A program made the position numbers and the translations under genes. DNA of 61,510 bases, filler included. It is 14 parts of 14 records of this genome, joined end to end, with 100 filler letters (N's around TTAATTAATTAA, not from the genome) between each part and the next. Parts side by side here need not be neighbours in the genome. Positions count along the whole stretch, not along the records: positions 50,984 to 55,577 come from SRR7504441_84342; positions 55,678 to 61,510 come from SRR7504441_84761; 12 more parts are not named here. The stretch is one strand, 5' to 3'. Of this stretch, positions 54,750 through 61,510 are shown piece after piece (position 1 is the stretch's first letter; each line of letters begins with the position of its first letter). The notes below the pieces were generated by a model. It saw only the letters and a list, made by a program, of their open reading frames with translations, was not told where the DNA came from and made no database searches.

Positions 54750-55283
54750 GATTCCGCATGACCCCTTGCGATTGCTTTGCTCGCGACCGCGGCCAGTGTC
54801 TGCTGTGCAGAGTAGCCGGCAGCCCTTCTGGCCCAGTATCGCCGGGCCAGCACCCGCGGGACAACCATGTTCTCCAATCTGGCCGACCAAGTCGGTTCGG
54901 AACCGTGAACCGTCTTCTGAGATCCACACTGACAGGTTCGGTGGAATACGGAGATCTACACCGATTACAACGAATAATCCGGGACCCTAGATCAGGCTTC
55001 AACAAAAGGACAAGGTTGGTGTACCGGTATCGTTCAAAATCAACTTACGATGAAGAGCAGAGCTCTGAATGGTATACGATAAAAAGCTTTTATAATTGAT
55101 TTGGTACACGTTCACAAAAGTACTACAAAAGTACGACGGATCCACACAGTTGCGAAATAACCAACAGATCCGTCTCGAGCAAGTCCACTACTAGTAGCCA
55201 CGGGCATACCGCACACCGTCCCATACGCCAGCCACAGCCTCAGCAGCCTCACGACTCGAGTCTCACGAAGCCGCTCACGCTCA

Positions 55284-55577
55284 CTAATCATCTCGCTTCC
55301 TCTTCTTCCCGCCTTCGTCTTCCTTCTCAATCAAACGGATCAGAGTGTCCACTCGCCGGCCGAGCTCTGCAGGCGTGCGCGACTTGATAAACCAGTCGAA
55401 CCGGAACTGCCAGGCACCTCGGATCTCGGCCTTAAGATCCTCCCAGTTGCCGTATCCGAGCTTCTGGGTCATGCAGATCATGTACCGGTCCTCTTCCTCA
55501 TTGAACGCTTTGCCCTTGTTCTGGCCGTAGCTGATCTTGAGCTGGTTGAACGCGTCCTTGGTCTGGGTCACCTTGTC
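55284..55577 (-). CDS. ISWI: ISWI/SNF2H chromatin remodeller, C-terminal SLIDE domain
   Basis: LKISYGQNKGKAFNEEEDRY..YGNWEDLKAEIR..FRFDWFIKSRTPAELGRRVDTLIRLIEKE. Confidence 0.93.
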   Translation of the reverse strand, partial: DKVTQTKDAFNQLKISYGQNKGKAFNEEEDRYMICMTQKLGYGNWEDLKAEIRGAWQFRFDWFIKSRTPAELGRRVDTLIRLIEKEDEGGKKRKRDD

Positions 55578-55715
55578 NNNNNNNNNNNNNNNNNNNNNNN
55601 NNNNNNNNNNNNNNNNNNNNNTTAATTAATTAANNNNNNNNNNNNNNNNNNNNNNNNNNNNNNNNNNNNNNNNNNNNGCCCCCCCCCCCCCGCCGCCCGC
55701 CGGCTCAACCCCAGG

Positions 55716-56948
55716 ACCAGGCTGGGCCGGCGGGTGCTCCACGACGACCGGACCGCGTTCGCAGCTGCGGTGCTGTTTTGCTTCAACCCGGGCTCTGTCT
55801 TCTGCTCGGCCGCGTGAGCACCCCGCTGGCCCGCTCACCGGGCCCCAGATACTCCGAATCGGCCTTTGCGGCCGCCTCGTTTGCGGGGCTGTATATGCTC
55901 ACGCTCAACCGGCCGTGGCGGGCGGCGGTCATGTTCGGGCTTTGCTCGGCTCTGCGGTCGAATGCGATCACCTACCTCGGGCACGATCGTCAGCCCGGGC
56001 GCCACACGAGACTCCGGCAGGTTTCTGTGGCTCCGCTGCGCATCGAAGTGCACCGAGCTGCTCCGACAGGCGCCAGCCGCTGAGCTAGCATAAGTGAGGC
56101 CCTCGGCAGCGGCAGCGGCAGACCGGACGGCGTTCGCTATTCTCTGGAAGCATGATTGCATCGCTTGTGGGGCTCTCACTGTCCACATTCTGCCAATGCA
56201 TGCTGGCAATGGTGCGGCGCTCACCGGCCAGCAGTCAGTGGGCTGCCACAGGTACCATTCGCGCTGCACCTGCGCAACGGCTACCTGCAGTACTGTGCAT
56301 CCAAGCCGAGAGATGATCAGCCTGGCTGGTCTGGCAGGTTTGGCTGTTGGGCTGAGCGTGCGCAGGTGCCAAGGCCAGATCCCCAACATTTACCAGCATT
56401 GCCAGACCGCCTACTGGAACGTGGGCTTGTTCAACTATTTTACCGTATCCCAGCTGCCCAACTTCGCACTGGCTGCTCCGATCATAGGGATCACACTCTC
56501 TGCGGCCGCCCATTTCGGCCAAGGGGACCCACTGCGTTTTGTCACCGGTGGCGCTTAGGCAGATGACTGGTTGACGGATGACTGGGCAGGAGGGCTGATG
56601 AGAAGCAGGGTCACTCCGGAGACAGGTAGGATCCGCTGGCAATCTAAGGCTGATGCCTGGGTCAGGGTTCTGTGCCACGCTTGTCACTCCGTACATGTGC
56701 CACTGGCTCGGGTTGCTATTGTTATCAGCTCCAGTGATACATATACAAGTGCTCACACGGTTGCTGCTGGCCTGCCCTGCGCTGTACTGGTATGCGCTCT
56801 TACGCGTCAGCTTGGCTCACTGTTGTTCAGGTATACAGCCGAGTTGTGCCGGCATGATGATTGGCGGCGGTCAGCAATTCTAACTTTCTTTCTAGGGTAT
56901 AACGCCTTGGGATTTCTTTTACATACCAATTTCCTTCCGTGGACATAA
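55716..56948 (+). CDS. PIGV: GPI mannosyltransferase 2 (PIG-V), 5' truncated
   Basis: LFCFNPGSVF..YSESAFA, LRSNA, YWNVGLFNYF..QLPNFALAAP, HIQVLTRL..PALYW, LHTNFLPWT. Confidence 0.92.
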
Positions 56949-57238
56949 GATTATTAGTTACGGTATAGTAATAAAATTTCAGTTACATTTAATTGTATGT
57001 AGATCACAATCCTGAAGAATGTATGTAGATCTCAGGACAGCTGCTCTCGTTTAGCTCTCGTTTAGCTCTCGTTGTACGAGAATTAAATTACCCCACAATA
57101 TGTACAATTCAAAGCTGACTGTGAACACGCGAAGGCTGCTTTGGGTGTGCTTCAACAACACAATCGCGTCTTTCCAGTGCTTCTTTGTATGTGGGTCTTC
57201 AGCATTTGAATTACGAAATGTTCCCGTTAACAATCTTG

Positions 57239-60200
57239 TCAAAGATCCAGCTGCGTGGCAACAAAGTTTTTATAAAACCAGTCGCAAAATACTTCAAAGG
57301 TCCATTCTTCACCCCCAGATACCTTTGCCAGAGCTGGCTCTAAAATCTGTGAAACATACAAGCTTAGGTCATCGCACATCAGGCACGTGACACCTCGTCA
57401 ATTAGCGAGAGTGACATTCGTACATCTAGTGCCTTGATAACATTGATTGTCAGATATTGGAGCTCGTCCCCATCATTCAATGTGCCTGACTTATCAAGGT
57501 CGTACCTAACACCAGAGCTAGTTAAAGAACTGCATCTAGATGCCAAAATATCACCTGTTGAAGTAAGTGCGCAGGGTCTGGTTGCTCTTTGCAAGCCACT
57601 CGTCGAACGGAGAAGAACCCGTGTTGTCCTCACTTACTTTCAAATCTCCAATCAACGGCTCTGCAGCCACAATCCCGTCTGCTGTCTCAAGCAACCGATC
57701 GGCGCTAGTTGGTGATTCATGGCTTGCTGAGTCTGAAGCGCTGTCCAGATCTTCTTTGTCGCCCTTGCTCCCATTGACAAGGGCATTATCTTCCTTGTGT
57801 AGCCCATTTGACTTGAACTCAAGAGGCAACTGCTCTCCTGGATCTGGCAGGACGACTCTCAAACCATCATCAGAGATGCTCTCTGCAGTGTACCCTGGGA
57901 GCAAGGGCCGGAACGGATCTCTGTACTCATTGCAGACATACAAATCGTGCTCCTGCAGCCCCATTGGGCCTTGAATTAGGAGATAAATCAATGATAAGTA
58001 TTCGACGCCCTCCAGAGTGCACTGACCATCCTTCTTAGTAAGCAGCAGCGTGGTATCAGTCTGGTTCCACCTCTCAAAGTCCTCGGTGAATACATCAGTG
58101 TTGTCTCCATTCCATACATCCTCCCCGTTGTCCTCGATTCTTTTGAATATTTCCCTTGACTCTTCAACAAGGGCAAGCCGCTCCTTGAGCTTTTCAAAGT
58201 TGGCGCGGCATTCAGTCTCCTGCTCATCTGTATCGGTCCCATTAGGGCCAGTTCCAAAGGAGCTGTAGTCGACATAGAATGGCTCGTCTTTCTGATTGAC
58301 CTCGCCAGTTAGGAACAGATTTGGAATGTTCTTCTGGGTTATTGCCAACAGGCACTGGAGGTCGTCAACGGGCATCGATGCATCGCCATCAATATCAAAC
58401 CTATCCCAGATAGACTTAAAGTGCCTCAAATGCTGAGCCGAGATGTTGAGCGACCCAGTGATCTCAGAGGGCTCCAAGGAGTAGCACCAGGTGAACGCGT
58501 TCAGGATAATAGCAACCACCAGGTTCAGCACTGCAAACGCAGTCACCGTCATGAAGAGCAAGAAGAACAGGACTGCTTTTACGTTATCACCACAATCATT
58601 GACATCATCAGTCAAGTCTGGCTGCGCATCCTTCTCTAGAATAGTACAATCAGGGATCATCACCATCATATCGTACATTGTCGAGCGCCAGTTGCCGAGT
58701 GCATTTCGCCACAGCACGTGGAATGAGTCAAGAAAGGTGGTAAAGTTTGAAATAAGGCTGACAGATGTACCATACCTTGTCTTCCCAAAGAGCTCCACGC
58801 CAATCACTGCAAAGATGAAGAATACCAGGAACAAGACCATAAACACATTACTAATTGCTGGAATGGTCCTGAATAAGGTCATCATCAGAGCACGGATTTG
58901 CGGCGCACGCTTGACGAGCCTGAAGATCCGGCAAACCCGAAGCAACCCTGCAAATGCACCCCCTTCCAGAGGGATAAAAATGATTGATGCAATCACCACA
59001 ATTCCATCAAATGCATTCAGTGGGTCACTCCAGTATCCTTTGAAGCCGAGCCCAAGATGCTTGATGGTCATTTCAATAGTAAAAATGACTGTGAAAAATA
59101 TATTCTGCACATATTGAATAGTGTCCCACGCAGTCCCCTGATTGTGGTGATACGTGCACATGAACAAGATGTTGATCATGATACAGAGAGTGATCACATT
59201 GTCGAAAACCATTCCAGACTGATACACCCATCCCTCTGGCACTTGTTGAAGGGACAGTGATTCCCATGTGAACTCATTAAACACCTCCAGATCAGCTTCC
59301 TTCCTGGCCAGGTCTGAATACATTGTTTGCAGCGCCTGGTCAATTGTTTTTAGTGTAAAATCATCATCAGTGATCGCCCGCTGCTTGAGAGTTTGCTCAA
59401 TGTTGCGCCGCAGACGTGGAATTGTCAACACATCACCCACATTTGGGATTTTATTCTTCTCCAGGTAGCTCTCAAGACCAGGCATTGGCAGAGGTCGGAC
59501 ATCTGTAAATATGAGATAGCAAGTTGAGCGAATATTGTCTGGCACGTATTCACCATCTGCAGAAGGACATGGAGGCTTGGGCTCCGGAATCAGCATTCTG
59601 TTGAACTTCATGCAATCAGCCAACATAAGTTGGTCTCCAGTCAGCAATCCAGAACCCTCCGTCACTACAAATTTGTCAATTATCACTGCAACGAATAGTT
59701 GAATCATGAAAAGCTGACCCATGAACACAAAAATCACAATGTAGATACCCCAGTAGGGTGCTCCGTCACAGGATGGAGCTTCATGCGGTTTCTCTGGCAC
59801 GTCATTTGTGGACCAGAGCATAGTCTCCCAGGAGTCACCCGTGGATATTTCAAAAAGGGTCATGTAGGCAGCTGCAATGTTGTCAAAGGAGTATGTGCCG
59901 TATGTGAGTGGCTGCCAAAAGATGGCAGGGTTGTTCCAAAGCATTGGCACGAGGTAACCTGTTGTGTCGGGCTCTTCGGAATCGTTATTGATCCTGTACA
60001 CACCAAAGCAATCTTCTTGGCCGACAAATGTATCACAGTAGGTTCCTACGCACTTATTGCAGGACCAGAATTTACCCTTGAGCATGGAGACACCAAGAAT
60101 GGCAAAGATCAACCACACGGCCACAAGAAGAATGCACACATTTCCAAGAGGTGGGACTGAAGCCATGAGTGATTCCATCACCAGCTTCATACCTTTGACA

Positions 60201-61510
60201 CGGTTTACCATCCTGAGTGGTCTGAATGCCCTGCAGAGTCGAAGGAGTTTGAGAGGTCCCTCTGCAAGTCCCAACAGTCCTATGTACCCAACAACAAGAA
60301 CAATGATATCCAGGTAGTTCCATGCATCATACATGTAAGATTGACGCCCAGTATCACCGAGACAGAGTCGCTTGACGTTATCAGGGCTTCTCAGCATCAG
60401 CTGTACATTGTCTGTGTGCATAAAGCCATGTGCAATAATCTTGAGTAAGCACTCAAAAGTAAAGATGATGACAAAGATGATGTCGTTCATTTCGAAAAAG
60501 TCCACCCATCCGGGAATATCACGAGTAGAGGGGCTGTCGAGTGCCAGCAATACTGTTGAGTAGATGATGATCAGGAGAATGAACGTGTCAAACGTCCAGT
60601 GCTCCACAACGGCAATCACAGGGCGGCGGAACCAATGGTCAGGTTTCATGACCCAGAATGTCACGTTGGTGACAGGGTATCCAAAGCGCACCAAGTCCTC
60701 TGTCACATATGATTGTTCAAAGGTCTCCGTTGCACAATCAAGGGCCATGACCTGCGCCAGACTGGTCACGTCACCTTCGCAGCCAGTGGACTCCCACTCC
60801 TTTTCACAATAATTAATAAACAGCTGTGCTTCCCGAGCCCGAAGCTGCTTCTTGTCCATATCATTGCGCATTTGAGTGGTGAATTCAAGCCGGTCCTCGT
60901 CCTCAAATGAAGACATGTTGGCAAGAATTGCACCAATAAACAGATTGAGGATAATGTAATTGGAAATGATGAAGAAGGACAGAATAATGATTGCTGCTGT
61001 TGTGTTGCGATAGGCAGGTGCTCCACAAGCATTGATACAGTCGAACAGCACCAGCTCCCATGCAGAACCTGTGAGGACTTGAAAGAGTGTGTAAAAGGCT
61101 GTTCCAAAATTGTCGAAATTGGCACGCGGCTTATTATCACACAGGACTAAGTTAGGATCGCTGTCAGGAGTATCGACAAACCTATCAAACTTGTTCCCGT
61201 AGAGTTGCATACACAGGCAGGCATAGACAATTATCACAACCATCATAAAGGTGAAGATATTAATGATGGACGTCAGAGACCCGACAGCAGCGTCAACGAT
61301 CTCCCTCACAGAGTCCACACGGCGCAGCACACGCACGACTCTCAATGCACGGAAAATACGGAGAACCTTCACCAGAGCAAAGTCGATATCAGCTGCATCA
61401 AAGACAATATTGACAATGGATGCCATGACGATACAGAAATCAAATCTGTTGGATCCAACGCGCCAGTAATTGCAGAATCCTTTCATACAAAAAAATTTGG
61501 TGAGCATCTC
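57239..61510 (-). CDS. Four-domain voltage-gated Ca/Na channel, domains II-IV plus C-terminal EF hands, 5' truncated
   Basis: Three S4 segments (LRIFRALRVVRVLRR, LRLCRAFRPLRMVNR, LRVCRIFRLVKR) with pore loops. Spliced last exons YDLDKSGTLNDGDEL..WTFEVFCDWF extend the gene beyond the ORF stop at 57551. Confidence 0.93.

Noticed and set aside
3307-55677. Regularly recurring TTAATTAATTAA flanked by Ns, and ORFs ending in X..LIN
   Set aside because: Artificial concatenation linker. Adjacency of genes across it, including the apparent clustering of ion channels, has no biological meaning.
9408-57553. In-frame stops interrupting conserved proteins, suggesting an alternative genetic code or pseudogenes
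   Set aside because: Those examined fall inside short GT/GC-AG introns, and TAA, TAG and TGA all terminate genes normally.
3691-61469. Many long antisense or overlapping ORFs in the ORF track (e.g. 3691-4560, 7233-8255, 32345-33331)
   Set aside because: Shadow ORFs expected from high GC3 and strand skew, with no recognisable domains.

Overview
This window is not one locus. It is 14 short contigs joined by artificial 100-nt linkers (N runs around TTAATTAATTAA), so gene neighbourhoods across linkers mean nothing. The DNA is from a compact, GC-rich unicellular eukaryote that I cannot assign to a lineage. It has mostly 34-49 nt spliceosomal introns (many GC-AG), very short head-to-head spacers, AT-rich 3' spacers and intronic TTAGGG-type repeats. 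Recognisable genes include sideroflexin, a nucleotide-sugar transporter, an MFS transporter, a polycystin-like fragment, an atypical Rho-like GTPase, a BET bromodomain protein, an AT-less type I PKS fragment, a GH3 glycosidase, RNase T2, a GT10 fucosyltransferase, a Cys-less pentameric ligand-gated channel, actin-related and TTLL fragments, a bacterial-type FMN L-lactate dehydrogenase, single-domain and four-domain voltage-gated channels, DnaJ, ISWI and PIG-V. The most unusual segment is contig 3407-6585. It is intronless and strongly G-skewed, encodes a coiled-coil + T4 Rnl1-type RNA ligase + RRM-like protein, and is followed by a 16-nt tandem repeat and a ~45-bp hairpin rich in G-U pairs plus further stems. 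This is a candidate ligase-encoding mobile element or protein-ncRNA system. Other highlights are a ubiquitin-like domain fused through LRLAGG|KG to a divergent eIF1A, two near-identical introns in one gene, a His-box-less FAD6-like desaturase and channels with unusual selectivity filters. All calls come from motif recognition by eye. No searches or folding programs were run, and the coordinates of spliced genes are outer spans.
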